From positions 54,500,001-54,564,000 of the forward strand of contig OZ249436.1 of assembly GCA_965235115.1 (NCBI GenBank): a DNA stretch of 64,000 bases, given 5' to 3'. Under the pieces are notes generated by a model, which was not told the origin of the DNA, made no database searches, and was given only the letters and a program-made list of their open reading frames with translations. Positions 47,466-61,880 of this stretch are shown here, in pieces; within the stretch, counting starts at the first letter, position 1; every line of letters begins with the position of its first letter. Position numbers and translations under genes: made by a program. The stretch is from Laetmonice hystrix. Taxonomy: Eukaryota.

Positions 47466-50400
47466 TTATGAGTCTGTTTCCGTCAGCTGTGCTGTTGTAT
47501 GTGACTTTTGTTTGGGATCCGAGGGGGCCGCCTGGTGCGGGTCAGCCCCAGATCCAGCCATAGCACTAGGCCGTCTGTACTGGGCCCACGGGTGGTCGGG
47601 CAGGTCCACGCCAGCCTCTAACAACCACGGCTTGTAGAAACGCAGGAACCTCTTCAATTCGTCCTTAAATGTACTCTTCATGTACGCTTTGTCCACACTT
47701 TTACCTTGCTCCTGAAAATAATAACGCCACGAATGACTTGTTTATGCTGCCAAATAAGGAATTGGGAGGGACAAGGCCAGCGACACCACATTAACAGATT
47801 TTCTAAAATTGATATGAATCGTTTTAAAACTCAGGAAAAAAAGGGGGAAAAGCAAACCTATATTAGTTCAACCATGACGTTAAAGGGATAAGATATTCCG
47901 TTTTTACTCGAAATTAGGTACAAATATCGTTTGATAAAAGACGAACATATTTTTCAATTGCAATGAAAAATATCCGATTTTGCCTGCAAATTTCGCAATG
48001 AAATATACCCAAAAGAAATTCACAAATTGTGTTTTCATAATGTCCATTTTAGAATTGTTTGCCAGTTTACCTTTACTTTAATATGGAAAAAGGGCACAAC
48101 AAACTCTTGCCCCCCCATTCCTTTGGGGAAGGAGGCACAGCCCGCGGTTTCCCTTTCCCTCTCCCGCTTATATAAGGGATCAGCAGTTAACAACATGCCC
48201 CTGACCCCCTCCATAAGTCTTGTATCTGCTGCAGCCTTTGGGGCTTTGGCCCAACCTAATATGTTCTTAAAACGGAGCAGTCGACAGTTGCTAGGCCGAT
48301 TACAGATATCCTACGAACTTTACTCTATATTGTGACCGTGACCACAGTGTGTAGAGGGAGACTCAAAGGTCGTACCAATCTGACGACGGCAGCGCGGGCC
48401 TTGGCTATGTCTAATTCCAGTGCCCTCAGCACCCTCTCGTCAGGATCTACTATTTGTTTCTTCATCGACGCACAAATCGCAAGTTTGTACGCGAAGTCTA
48501 CGGCGGATCTCCTCAACAGAATGCCGTATATTTCCACGGTCGGCCTCAGCTCGGCAGTCTACAACAGAATCCTTTGTTTTATAACACTGGGTAAAAGAAA
48601 ATGCTAGGAGGAATGGTTAAAGGGAGTCGTAAAATTCATTTTTTTCGATTTATGGCAGTCTTAGAAACATATGATTCGCATACCTTGGACTCCCAGTAAC
48701 ATCATGTGAGACTGTTATGGCCCAGCGACCAGTATTTAGTAAGGAAAATATGCCAAATCTCTCGCAAATACGTAGCTCAGAATTAGGGAGCGGCCCACAG
48801 GATATTTGAGTTGGCCGCGGTCGGGCGATGATGACGCGTGATCACGTGACTTCCGGGTGTACATGCGGTATTTAGGTCAACACTAGACTAGAGGGAGATT
48901 CCCTTCCACACCCGGAAGTCAGGTGATCACGCGTCATCATCGCCCGACCGCGGCCAACTCAAATATCCTGTGGGCCGCTCGCTAATTCTGAGCTACGTAT
49001 TTGCGAGAGATTTGGCATATTTTCTTTACTAAATACTGGTCGCTGGGCCATAACAGTCTCACATGATGTTACTGGGAGTCCAAGGTATGCGAATCATATG
49101 TTTCTAAGACTGCCATAAATCGAAAAAAATGAATTTTACGACTCCCTTCAACAACGCCAATCTTAGTCTACCGAAGTCACGTCAAAAAGAAAATAGAACT
49201 TCCAAACACGAAATTTCGTCTTTTAAACTCAAAATTTCGTCTTTAATTTAAATTTTGTTCGAATTTGGCCCCAGTATGCATCCGTAGACATCGCTATGCG
49301 ATGCTCTAGAAAACGCATGACTTATAAATACTGATGTACCTCTATATCTCTGAGAAGTTGTAGTCCTGTTTTGTAGCCATAGCAACCAGTAGCCAGACAC
49401 GCAAAGGTGAGAATGTTTGGTTGAATTTGCAGATGTCCCATCAAACCTAACATATCCTGCAATAGTAAACAGTAAGTGTAATCAATCTCAAATCTTTTAG
49501 CACTGATAACAAAAACCAGCACGAAGAATGCAGTCTTACTGTAAGCCTATACTGTAGGCTATAGGTCTAGGACTATTTTAGGGGCACAGCAAACCCCTCC
49601 CCCTCCCTCGTTCCCGCCCGGGGGTGAGGGATGAAGTGTGTAACTATAAATCGTAGCACCGTTATTTTTGTGTGTGGTAATAGTTAGCGCATATACTCGA
49701 TTTCCCTTTTAATTAATATCTCCAGGCGGTTCACCTTGGCGCCTTCCATGTCGGCCCGTTTACATCTCCTGCGGATGAGAAGGTTAATGAAGTCAGTGTC
49801 AGGGCGCACGTTGTGGGTCGTCATGGCGTGCAGCAGATCTCCCTCACCCTGCCTGTTTGCTGGTAACATGTCCATGAGCTGTGTAAACGTTTTGATGTCG
49901 GGCTCGGCCCTGTCCCTCACCATGTGACTCAGGATCCCTGGCAACCCGCCAAGCAGGGCCAGCCGGGCGCCTGCAGTGCTCAGGTCACCCAGGGTCACCA
50001 CATGGCGGCGCCACCGGCCGCGGGGATTCAACATATTCGGCACGTCGAGGTCGAGGATGGAAATACCCGAAGAAGACGTTTCGATTGTTTGTAAGGCGGC
50101 TATTTTCCGCTCTGCCACTGTTTTCTTTACGTTACCTGCATCCGCTAATTTAAGTTCGCCTCCATCCGCCAATTTAAGTTCGCCACCGGATAACGCCCTA
50201 TTGCTGGTGCTGCCCCCTGGCGTTAATTTTTGACCATCCATGGCGCCACCTATGAGCTGGTTGGCGAACTCGCGGTCACCCACGCCACAGTCGCGTGCAG
50301 CTCGTAACAACAAGTTGTAAAGGTAAGTGTCGGGTATCGTGCCCTTCTTCCGCATTACGCGCCATACCTGCCAAACAAAAGGACAAAAAGGTCAGATCTG

Positions 50401-51753
50401 TTACTCGGATACATTTTTGTGTGAATCTTGCAACCTTTCTTTTAGTGAAGGTGAACTGGCAAACAAATCCAAAATCGTCATTCTTACAAAACACTTGTAG
50501 GACCTCTGCAGAGGCTCTGGCTCTGATACTCTGATACGCTGAATGAAGGGGGGGGGGGGTGTCACGTCGCCGACCCCCCCCCCCCCCTCATATTTTCCCA
50601 AGTGCCCTTTTTACAACTAAAAGTGTCTTATTTTTACAACGGACCCCCTGAATATAGCTCGATTTGTCCTTTTTATACTGTACCCTAGAACCGCCCCTGA
50701 AATTTCAATTACCCTAATTCTATAGTGCAACTTGTTATCAAGGGCACCTTTTTCTAGGAATATTCTTGCTGATACCACCCACTCTCCACCCGACGACACT
50801 GAAATTCCGGTTCCGGGATCCGGTTCTATTCACTCTCTTATGCATTCGGGAATCCTCGGCCATATCTTCGAAAGTAGCCTCGGGTGAATTAGGCGCCATT
50901 TTGAGCATTGCATCACGGGTACATTTAGCCGGGACTCTCGCCAGCATGGCAGTGCTTGCAGTATTTTACCTGCATCAGGCATGGAAGCAACTAAAATAGG
51001 CCTCCAGTGCTTTCCCTAAAGTCAGTGGGCAATAGAGCCTATTACAATTCTATCATGTTCATGATACAAGCACATTTAGGTAAATTAGGTGATTCATTTT
51101 TCTTCTTCAAACGTTCCCCTTCATACCGGAAGTTTATATTCGCACATACAACACCGAAGGAGAAGGTGTCAATAATGCACTACTTCCTGGTTCGACGGGA
51201 TATGACGGTTCACTCAGTGCCTCGCTACACAGCTCCATTTGGCCATGTATCCGATTGCCAACATGGCCACTAGTCCACCCGAGGGTAGGCCTATATGCAG
51301 AAATGACGTCATATGCCCGAGGGAATCCAGAATGTCTCTCATGCAGTACATAACGCTATAGTAGGCCTACCACCCACTGATTTTGGACCACTACTGCCTC
51401 AGGCTCAGTGACGGTCCCGATTTGTTGCTCACCTCTATGCAGTGTTTGAATCCTGCCTCCTTATCGGAGATGCAGGCCATGAGGAGGTGGCTCCAGCCCT
51501 CCTCGTCCATCTGGTAGCCGGACGCCGTCATCTCGTCCATTATGGCGAACGCTGTACGCAGGTCGCCATGACGACCGTACGCCTTCACCATTGCCTTCGT
51601 GGTGATAGCGTTCGGTCGGACGTCACGCGCCGTCATCGCTTGGCGCAGGCGCGTGGCGCGCCTCAAACCGTCTTCCTTCCATGGCGAGTTTGCACAGGCG
51701 TTGAACAGCGCCGTGTAGGTGGGCTCCGACGGAACGAGGCCGTAGTTCCTCAT
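47466..51753 (-). CDS. PTCD1: Pentatricopeptide repeat-containing protein 1, mitochondrial; 3' five exons (5' exons not identified)
   Basis: Exons 51753-51433, 50367-49735, 49456-49340, 48558-48376, 47711-47466, all phase 0; PPR motifs PSEPTYTALFNACANSPWK, YNLLLRAARDCGVGD, RLALLGG, PDIKTFTQL, and C-terminal HPWAQY. Confidence 0.9.
48621..49147. mobile_element. Near-perfect foldback MITE (Kolobok-like, TTAA target)
   Basis: ~240-bp arms with only a few mismatches and a ~47-bp loop; TTAA|AGGGAGTCG...CGACTCCCT|TCAA. Confidence 0.92.
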
Positions 51754-51970
51754 CTGAAACGTAAATGTAAAGTCTTTAAATTGTTTAAAATGAATATTTT
51801 TCTTGAATGTTTAATGTTGTTTATTTCACCACAAGGTATTTACAAGGCAGTGTGCTATTGTAATTTTATATACTAGTAATAACTTTAGGTGAGTGTTCAC
51901 TATTATATTGGGTACCAGTCTAGAAACACCTCTGGATCCGCCCCTGTTCATCGTTCTATTGGCTCTGTCT

Positions 51971-52037
51971 GGTTCAGCTGTGAGTTTGGTTCAGCTGTGA
52001 GTTTGGTTCAGCCGTGGGATCGGGTCAGCTGTGAGTC
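51971..52037. repeat. Short tandem repeat, 17-bp unit ggttcagctgtgagttt, ~4 copies
   Basis: Directly visible. Confidence 0.75.
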
Positions 52038-55000
52038 TATAGGCCAGCAGTTTGTTTAATCAACACCCTCGAACCGCGGCTGTCCCTCGTTCAGGTCAGC
52101 CCCACATGTTTGGCAGACTCACCCTCGCCCTCAGGAGTTGACTGACTGCAGGCTGGGAGCCAGATGATCACCGAGTCGTCAGGCCAGCCGTCTCTCCGGA
52201 CACCCCGATCCAATTTGCTCGGCCTTGTTAGCCGTGTGATTGAATCAAGTCTGTTGATTGGTAACACCCATTGCCTGTGTGCCTGTGGCCGCCCGCACCC
52301 AAACACACCCCGTCATGTGATAACCACAAACGGTGACGTACCCTCGAGACTGGCCAGAATGGCAGCAGACAGCTTCCGCTTCCTGTGCTAGATTTTGCTT
52401 GGAGATTGGCTTCAACCATTAGATCTCCTTGGAGATTGTTTCCCATCCGCCCCGGCATTGATGATCTGAATTTATACATGATCCATTCTGATCACTATAA
52501 GGGGGGGGGGGGGACCGGGTGATACGCAGAATGTAATAGAGGAAGAGATCCCATGCCAGTATATATAGGCTAGAAATCAATGTATGATGTATGATGTCAC
52601 GTTCATCGAGACATTGCTTTATGAACACATCCATAACAATTGGAGGATGAACACTTTCGAAATTATCCGTTGAATAGGTGCTCATCAAATTCCAAATTAG
52701 GCCTATCTGCGGCTGAGTATGACTGAGGTTTAGAAAATATTCGCACATCTGTAATTGAATGGACAACAACAAAAAATTACCTACATGAACACTCGAGAGG
52801 GAAACCCCCTTGATTTATGTGCGAGCCCACAGCTGCGGGACCTTTTTGACCCGTCCTGTAGAGCGGACGTGCGCCTAACCTTCCCGAAGGTTCATACAAA
52901 CCATTCTGATATAGGTGTAATTGTTCCAAGAAAGAGGCCGCAATGGACGGATGGTTAAAGCCACCATGTGTGGATGCTGTCGGCGGTGGTTCGCTTACCA
53001 CCTGATGTTTTATATTGATATTGATAAGTTCATACTGACAACTGTCTAACACCTTTCTATCACGGGGTATCGGGTTTCCCACATAAAGGTCAACGTCTGA
53101 ATTGCCACGAAACATTGCAAGAATTTTGATCTTATCTCTATCAATATTCTGGAGCGGGATCAAAAAGTAAAAAGCCTCAAAATGGCTCGAGTTGGTGAAA
53201 AGCCATAGGCCTATGTCGAACATGACAACCGTGTCAAAATCACCGGCTTTAGGAGCGCAGCCATTGTGGCAGTGTCCGCTCCGGAAGTCCGTTGACGTCA
53301 CAGTGTCTTACATAGTTCCGGATTTCGGTAGGATCTCAGTAACCGTGCCAGAGAAGCAGTACCATCGCCTCATATGGGCAATCCCTGCCCAACAATCTTG
53401 CTGAAAACGCTGTGAGTGTGACCCAATCTAGACACAAATTTGGGCCTAATGGTCTTGCGAGGTTTTGACCTCCTTGCCTCTAAGTACTCGAGGTCAGTCT
53501 ACCTGTAGAAAGCAGCCAATATCTGATTCCTAATTCGTTAATTTTAAATTGTCCTGATTTAATTCTGCGACTCGATCAGATGGCGGCCCGCCAGGTCTAG
53601 CACAGTGTTGCAACTACCACAGAGCTGGGCGGACGGTTCGCCTCCAACCGGCCGCTGGGACGGCATTCCGAGTCGATCTCTGCCTTCATCCACCGCTGGT
53701 GATGCGCACTGCCGAGGCTGGCATGATCTCCCTTTTCGCCAGGAGAAGCTCCATCTCGCGTTTTCCATCCTCAAACACCCATAAATCAGGAATGATCAAT
53801 TCACTGCGGTTCTTCCAGTAGTAACCGCTAGGCTGCGCTGCCATCGGCCGCCGTGTGGCAGGGAGACTTTAGCTCCGAGCACGGCCCACGGCTGCATGGA
53901 CGCATGTCACGGTGTCTTATCTCCGCCGGGATTTCGTCGCGGGACAACTGGTAGGGACGGGCGGGGGGGGGGGGGTTGATATAGATGTAGGTTTTCAAGC
54001 ATACAACGGTCAACACCGTCTAAGATGGTCACTCACACACCCCTCACCCCATTGAGGGAGGGCAACTTTTGTACTTTTGTAATCGGCGTGTAACAGCAGA
54101 ACGGTGGATAAAACTGCTCCTGAATGTATAATACACGAGAGTCGGTACAACGTATAAAAATTTGAACACAATTGGTGCTCAAATATGTTAAGATATAGGC
54201 ATTTTAGTGCCAGAGCGTGCTCAGCGTGTGGATGCCGCCGTAGCGTCTGTTAATTTGACGTCACAGTGTCTGACCAATCACGGCACGATGCCCGCACAAT
54301 CGGCCGACCTCCTGGAACCCTCATCGTCTGTGTGCTAGGCCTACTCGTCCAGCCTCTGAGACTGACCCACGCCCCCCCCCCCCCCCCCAATCACCCACCC
54401 GCCCTGGCCGCCTCTAGCCTCGCTCTAGGCCTACCGACAACCCTGGCCTCGACTGATTCAGGATCGACCCCCCCCCCTTGCTTCCTGGCAGACAGTATGC
54501 GCATGCCCGAATAGATAAAGACCGAAACTATAAGACACTGTGACGTCAACGGACTTCCGGACAGTGCCACAATGGCTGCGCTGCTGAAGCTGACATGGTT
54601 GTCATGTTCGACATATGACTTCTTGGAATGAAAGGACATCTATTCCCAATCACTACTCTGAAAGGAAGTATACATGGAGGCCTTGCAGCGGTCCAAATGG
54701 GATTTTTGACAAACCTGTGCCGTTGAACTGCATCTTCCCTGCTATTGTTCATGACCGAAATTCGTAATAATGATGGCATTGCGAGAGATTCAGTCCATCA
54801 TTGGTTCTCTTAAAAGTCAGGCATTTGAAGAGGGTTGCTGCTCCACTCCCCTTCGGCCGACATCCTGAACATAACATCTAACGAATACAAAGATCAGGTC
54901 CAAGAAGTATTAGTTCATTGGTTACTTACAGACCAATACATTGAGGTAAGTCAGGAGAACCACTGTTACGTTTCCAGGGGCTGCAGCAATCTGGCCGTAC

Positions 55001-56628
55001 ACATGGCTTTTCAGCATGGCCTTCACATGTGATTACCCCAAAGAATGCTTACAACATACTGTGCAACTCTCTCCCTGTCTTAAGTGGGACTAAATACCCT
55101 ATGTTTCAACCTTCTAACGGGAACAAAAAACCTTCACAGCCTTTATCTTTGATGTACGGGTACAGATTCCGCGATCAGCAAAATAAAACACCTGGAGGCA
55201 TGCACTGAGAGCAGCGATGGAGCAAGAGCATGCGCTAGACTGATGAGAAGCCCGATAGTGGGCGGAACGCTGCCGACCGAACGCTCCTGTATTGGGGAAT
55301 TCTTCAGAATGGAAGACATGATTTTATTACAAGGGTTAAGGTCGGGAAAGGCGTTAGAAACCGTGCTTACATCGACTTTAACGCACCCCCATTACATCCG
55401 AAGGCGGGGGGAGGGGGGGGGGGTTAAGCGAGCATGTTCCTGTAGAAAAGGATTTATTTAAATCCTTCCGGTCTCAGCAGTGAAAACAATTGTTTCTCAT
55501 GAATATGGAGATTGAGAGGCTCTTCTTTGGGCTATTAGACGCTCATCAGGTGCGCCACAGCGACACCTTCCGGAGGCCACACGAGGCACAGGCACAGCCT
55601 CTCCCACCATCATCTCCTCACACTAGCAACTCAGCTGATAAAAAAACAGGAGAATCAAACAAGCAGACGCCATCTGCACCCTGCTTCTCTGACTCTCAAG
55701 AAGAGAGGGAGAGAAAAAACTTTTGACAATATCTTTCACTTTGCCTGATTGATTCTAGAGAATGTCCCTAATGCGAAAGGTCGTTTCCCTGTTCTTCAAT
55801 CACACGGCCCGCTCTTTGGTATTGAATGCCGCTGCTCCATCGACACCCAGACCATTCAACCTAACACTTGGTGAATAAGTTCCAATTCTTGTTTTACGGT
55901 CAGGCTCAGATAAGCTCCGGCCATTCTGTTGGCACATAGAGTGAAATTTCCTGCAGACAAGACTGCTGGTCTAATTCGTAAAGCACACAAACAGACATAT
56001 GCTACTTCCTGGCAGAGGTTCTACGCTTACTTAGACTACTGGCCAATTTAGCCAAAATAACTTGACAAAAATAGATTTCACATGGGAATATTTTGAGTCA
56101 TTGCATCAGGCGGCCTTGTCATTGTGGGAGTTGATAAAGTTAGAGTTGGCCTCCAGGCCCCCTGGTGGTGGCGTGTGACGTCATGACGCGGCCAGGTCGT
56201 CGCGTCCTTAGTACGGGTCACGTGAGACCGTTGAGCCGGTCCGACCGCGCCTTGTGCCTGGGATCAACCCTGATCACCGGCAGGCCCTCTCGGGGCGCGT
56301 GGCTAGAACGTCTAAAAGAGGCTGGGCCGCCGCCGCCACGCTGCTGTCCGTCTGGACTCACAAAGCTCCCATGGAACGGGTGCATTTAAGCACGTATAGG
56401 GGCGACAAGGCCTGGCCCTCCTCTTATATCACCCTGTTGGCCAGGATCGCCACAGAAGCTTTTTTAATCCACATCCGGACAGGCACGCTTCAACTCTCTA
56501 CCCCTTCACCGTGGGCGTGTCTTGCTCCCAGAGATAAATTCTCCGCAGCGCCCTCTGCTGGAAGACCTGTTCTGTAACCAAGGAGTTGGCCTGCCGCTGA
56601 TGTCTTGGGGACTTGTCTAAAATTCCTA

Positions 56629-56708
56629 CCCGTACACCGGAATGTCCGAACCGTCCACCGCAATGTCCTAACCGTACACCGCAATGTCCGAACCGTACAC
56701 CGCAATGT
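56629..56708. repeat. Short tandem repeat, 21-bp unit accgtacaccgcaatgtccga, ~4 copies
   Basis: Directly visible; ORF period TLRCTVR. Confidence 0.85.
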
Positions 56709-57468
56709 TATTTCCACCCAGAATCAATTATGATTTACCCCCAGTGAAGTACACATTCTGCAGTGGCACCGACCGAGCTGATGAGTACCCGGGACATGGC
56801 CTTCATGTTATGTCCCCGAACTGTAGGTTAGTTTGACCTTTGAACTCCCAAGACGACCCACTGATCGCACCCCTGAAACCTATTGATTCCATCACCGATT
56901 CACACACGCCCCATTAAACATGACCAGTCTCAAGAATATCCCGGAGCTCATGGCTGCCCAGAATGGAAATATGGTTATTCCTCTCTTAAAGTGATGTGAC
57001 AAAGGTTAATGCTCACAGTATCATGTATGGCACATTCCCACCAGGTTCTGTCTTACTATCGTCGTAGTAATGTTTTTATCCCGTAATCCGTATTAGTAAT
57101 AGTTTGAATGGGATCCTTGTAAGACATCGCCAGTATCTGTGTTATCAGTGTAGCATTAATTTTCCACATCGTTGTGGTAAAACTTGAGGGCAATCTACAC
57201 CAGAATCTCAATCTCCATCAGTGTTGCTAGATCATTTAAATTCAAAGGCGTATACACTGAGCTGCTATCAGAATTAACAATTCATCATTATCAGGACATT
57301 TGCATGTCTGAGTGCTTGAAGTGCATCTAAAATACCGGTTTGCTGCTGGATCACGACAGGGGAACTTGTCTGGTGATCGAGTAAGACAGGGGGATCTGTC
57401 TGGTGTAAACAGGGGCCACCTATCTGAAAGTGGAATATGGCCCATGCACCTATACGGTGAAGTAAGAG

Positions 57469-57919
57469 AAGGGCCCACCTGTCTGGTACTGGTTGTGGAG
57501 TAAACAAGGGCCCACCTGTCTGGTACTGGTGGAGTAAACAAGGGCCCACCTGTCTGGTACTGGAGTAAACAAGGGCCCACCTGTCTGGTACTGGTGGTGG
57601 AGTAAACAAGGGCCCACCTGTCTGGTACTGGTGGTGGAGTAAACAAGGGCCCACCTGTCTGGTACTGGTGGTGGAGTAAACAAGGGCCCACCTGTCTGGC
57701 ACTGGTGGTGGAGTAAACAAGGGCCCACCTGTCTGGTACTGGTGGTGGAGTAAACAAGGGCCCACCTGTCTGGTACTGGTGGTGGAGTAAACAAGGGTCC
57801 ACCTGTCTGGTACTGGTGGTGGAGTAAACATGGGCCCACCTGTCTGGTAATGGTGGTGGAGTAAACAAAGGCCCACCTGTCTGGCACTGGTGGTGGAGTA
57901 AACAAGGGCCCACCTGTCC
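57469..57919. repeat. Minisatellite, 37-bp unit aagggcccacctgtctggtactggtggtggagtaaac, ~12 copies
   Basis: Directly visible; units vary in tgg count. Confidence 0.96.
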
Positions 57920-59167
57920 ATTTTCCCACTTGTTGCCTCTACCGGTCTGTCTTCAATATTTGCAGTCGCCCGATGTAAGGCTTCAAGCTCTGGCCGACTT
58001 TAGGAAGCCCCATGACGGACTCGCTCACACTCGATTGGGAGAGATTGCAGATAGCTATGTATCCACCGAGTTTCAGTAAAGGAAATATGTCACGGGGGTA
58101 TCGACCGAAATCTTCAGTTTTCTGCTTACCTGCTCACCACTGACGTACTTTATGGCACTGATTGTTTTTTATATTGATTCTGTTAACACATACTACGAGT
58201 ACTGTGAAATTCTCCCTAATGTAGAAAAATGAATAATACTAGCTGCAGTGTCCGCAAAGTGCGAAGAATCCGCCATCTAAGTAAATAACAAATAAAACAA
58301 TAAACAAATAAATAAGTAATTATCAAATCTATAAAATTATAGTGGGACTATAATGCCCCATCCGCCGATCGTGTGAATAGGGTGCAAAACACAGCCGGCT
58401 GCAAATCTCGGGGTCTCGGAATCTAAGTGTGTCATTTCCAGTGACGGCATTAAGAATTGGCGATTTTTTTTGACAAAATGCCGGCCAAAGCTACATAAAC
58501 AGGGGGGACCTTTGGGGCATATCGGATAACCGCAATGCAGACATATTTTTGCTGAAACACATCATATGATTTGAAATTCGTGACATATTACCTTTAAGAT
58601 ACATGTGTATCTTGAAAAATGAGCGAAATACGACCATGGTCTAACAACTACGTTTACAATTTCAAGATCCCATTCCCTTAAGGGGGATGGGATAATTTCA
58701 AGATCCGATTTCCTTGGGGGGGGGGGGATAATAATCTCAGGTCTTCACTCTCCATTATAACTTTAAATCCAAGTGTCCTATTAAGCAAGACTTGTTCTGG
58801 CGTAAAAATATTGTCACATGTGCGTTATCTTAGCTCTCGGCCATGTCCTGCAAACAGTGCAGGCCTGTGGCCAACAGAAGCCACATTCAGCCGAGCTGCC
58901 ATATGACCACCAGTACAACAACCCCGGCTCAGACGACGGTCGTCTAAACCAGGCCATCAACATTCATGAAGCGATCTATTTGCCCTTTATCTTGCATATT
59001 GCGGGAAGGCTGCCTGGTCCCCGAGCATGTGTGAATAATGTTTAGTGCGGCCATATACTACTGGGCCAGGCATGCCCGTTACATATACATGTGCCCCTTC
59101 CATCAGGATACATCCCACCCCACAAGAAAACAACTTCTCTTATAAAGCGACGAGGGCGTCATATTTC

Positions 59168-59686
59168 GGCCCATGACATTCCCCTGCAAGGTGGCGGATA
59201 CAGGTCTTTACCTTCCTATCCTGGCCAATCACTCGCCCATACTGTACCGTGACGGCCCATGACATTCTCCAGCAAGGTGGCGGATACAGGTCTTTACCTT
59301 CCTATCCTGGCCAATCACTCGCCCATACTGTACCGTGACGGCCCATGACATTCCCCTGCAAGGTGGCGGATACAGGTCTTTACCTTCATATCCTGGCCAA
59401 TCACTCGCCCATACTGTACCGTGACGGCCCATGACATTCTCCAGCAAGGTGGCGGATACAGGTCTTTACCTTCCTATCCTGGCCAATCACTCGCCCATAC
59501 TGTACCGTGACGGCCCATGACATTCTCCAGCAAGGTGGCGGATACAGGTCTTTACCTTCCTATCCTGACCAATCACTCGCCCATACTGTACCGTGACGGC
59601 CCATGACATTCTCCAGCAAGGTGGCGGATACAGGTCTTTACCTTCCTATCCTGGCCAATCACTCGCCCATACTGTACCGTGACGGC
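59168..59686. repeat. Tandem repeat, 86-bp unit, 6 near-identical copies
   Basis: ggcccatgacatt...gtaccgtgac recurring every 86 bp. Confidence 0.96.
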
Positions 59687-61027
59687 TCCAAGCCAGTCCC
59701 TCATGTTGATCAGTAGGCCTATGACTACACCAGCATCGTATCAGTGATCTTATGTCATTCTTGCCCGGATGACGTAATAGTCTGGGCTTACAAAACTGCA
59801 ACACAAGTCTGCCCTTCCTCTAGGCTATACGCACCACATTACATCTCTTAAAACTCAACAAGAGCCTTGACCAAAAATTGTTGAGAGGCCGCCAATAATA
59901 TTCATGGAATGAGAGCACCTTCTGAAATCTGGTCGTACTCTGATCTGACGCGGCTCCGACAAGACCTTTACGACGTCGTTGGAATCAGTCGGATCGGACC
60001 TCAGTCGAGTCTGGCCTGCGGGCTCAAGGAACGGTACAGCTGTGTTGAATACCAAACACATCTACAACGAACGACTCCCTGTCCGGCCTCAGCTGGTTTG
60101 AGGGAGTCTAGTGCCATCACAATGATGTGCAGCCAGTAAGAACTAGCGAGAGGAGGTAAATAGTTTTTGTTGTTTTCTTTGTTCTGCAGTGTTTGCTCTG
60201 TGAGCGCGGGTATTTTCTGCCTGTGCCAACACACCTTCCTTCAGAGTTCCTCTGAGAAATTGAAACTGGCGTTTGAAGTCTGCAGTTCGTTTCCCTTTCA
60301 GTCAGCAAAACTCGGCGGCACACTGCTTTCCAATACGTCAGTTACACGAGGTAATCTGCATAATGGGATTGGTTGAAATATATTATGAACATTACCTCAA
60401 AATTACCTCTGAACATAGGCGCCAGAAGCGGGGGGGCAGGGGGGCGACCGCCCCCTCAATAATCTGGTTGGGGGGGGGGGGGGGGGCATCGCCCCCCCCC
60501 CCAATAATCTGTGATCATGAATGAAAAAAGGCAGGTTTTTCCACATAAAGTAGGCCTGTTGAAACCATGACTTGGGTGCGTCAAAGACTGGGTCGATTGT
60601 CTTAATGATACATTGATACATTGTAATTTATTCATTTACGCCTTCAAAACATAAAAAATCCTGCCTCAAAATGGCGTAGAAAAGCGTTTTAAGGTGTGTA
60701 GTTTTTAAAATTTTCTTGGGGAGGGCCTCTGATCCTGCTTTACTAAGCATGTTGTAGCCTATGACTTTCGCTTCAGCTCTCTTGCCCCCCCCCCCCAATA
60801 ATAATTTGCTTCCGGCGCCCCTGCCTCTGAACTTAGCACAACGTTTCACTGTTATGTGGGGAATATTTCGATCCCCATCCCAATATTCTTACTGATGTCT
60901 TGGAAATAACAGTAAACTGAGAACATCGAGTGCAGTTCTTTCATTATGCTGTTAGGTGTTCAGGACTTCACCTCCCCGATACCATCTCAAACACGCAGTA
61001 CCCGTGGCACCCACATCTCTTCAAATA

Positions 61028-61880
61028 TCGGGTGGATAAAAAAAAACGCCCCGAACTTTAAACTCCAATATTTCAAAAAGTTTTGATTGTAATTCAATGA
61101 AATTTTTCTTACTATCACTTTATGATGTTGTCTCTTAGTTGTTAATGTTACAACTTAATAGCTTGGATAATATTTCCGTAGCGCTGAAAACAAAAATCAT
61201 TGTACAAAAGCGCAATGCCGGCCTAAAGCGAGTGGTAGTCCCACCAGAGTCCCATGGCCTCACACTAGAGTAGGTGTCAATCGGTCCCCCGTTTTCACTT
61301 CATACTGCTCTCAGTCTCTTTTTACATCGCCAAAGCACTTCCTGATCTCTGGTAGGGAATTATCTTCCCATTATTGGGAAATAAGCAGCGTTCTGAACGT
61401 GTTGCTAAACGTGATAATGATACGATTTCCCTTAAACTTCTGCTTACAGTCATATCGTCCTAATGTTGCAGTTTGTCTGTAGGGTTTGGCAAATTAAACA
61501 CCTGGGTTTCTCTAGAAGTACTAGGAATAGGACATAATTTATTATATCTAGTGGTTCACAACATTATACATATTGTAAAACATGCAAAAACTAAATATTA
61601 AAAACTTTTTTTACCCACGGTACAATGCGGTGCATCAAACAGGTGTCAAATTGGACACCTGGCAGCTGCATGATATTTGACCTAATTCCGGCATTGTGTT
61701 TTTAGACACTGATTTTTGTTTTTAGCCCCACGGGATTAATATCAAAGCTATTGAGCTGAAACTTTAACGTACAAGAAATAATATCATGAAGTTATATTAA
61801 GAGAAATTTTATTGAATTATAATGCAAAGTTATTGAAATAATAAAGTTTAAAGTTCGGGGCGTTTTTTTTATCCACCCGA
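61028..61880 (-). mobile_element. Internally deleted Tc1/mariner element, copy 2
   Basis: Colinear over its full length with 24190-25042; same TIRs and TA flanks. Confidence 0.88.

Noticed and set aside
53210..53270. MAALLKPVILTRLSCST as the PTCD1 mitochondrial-targeting first exon
   Set aside because: It ends in a stop without a convincing donor, is duplicated in inverted form, and would leave expected PTCD1 exons missing.
59740..60140. Faint retrotransposon RT-like words (DDVIVW, LNKS)
   Set aside because: Too short and interrupted to support without a search.
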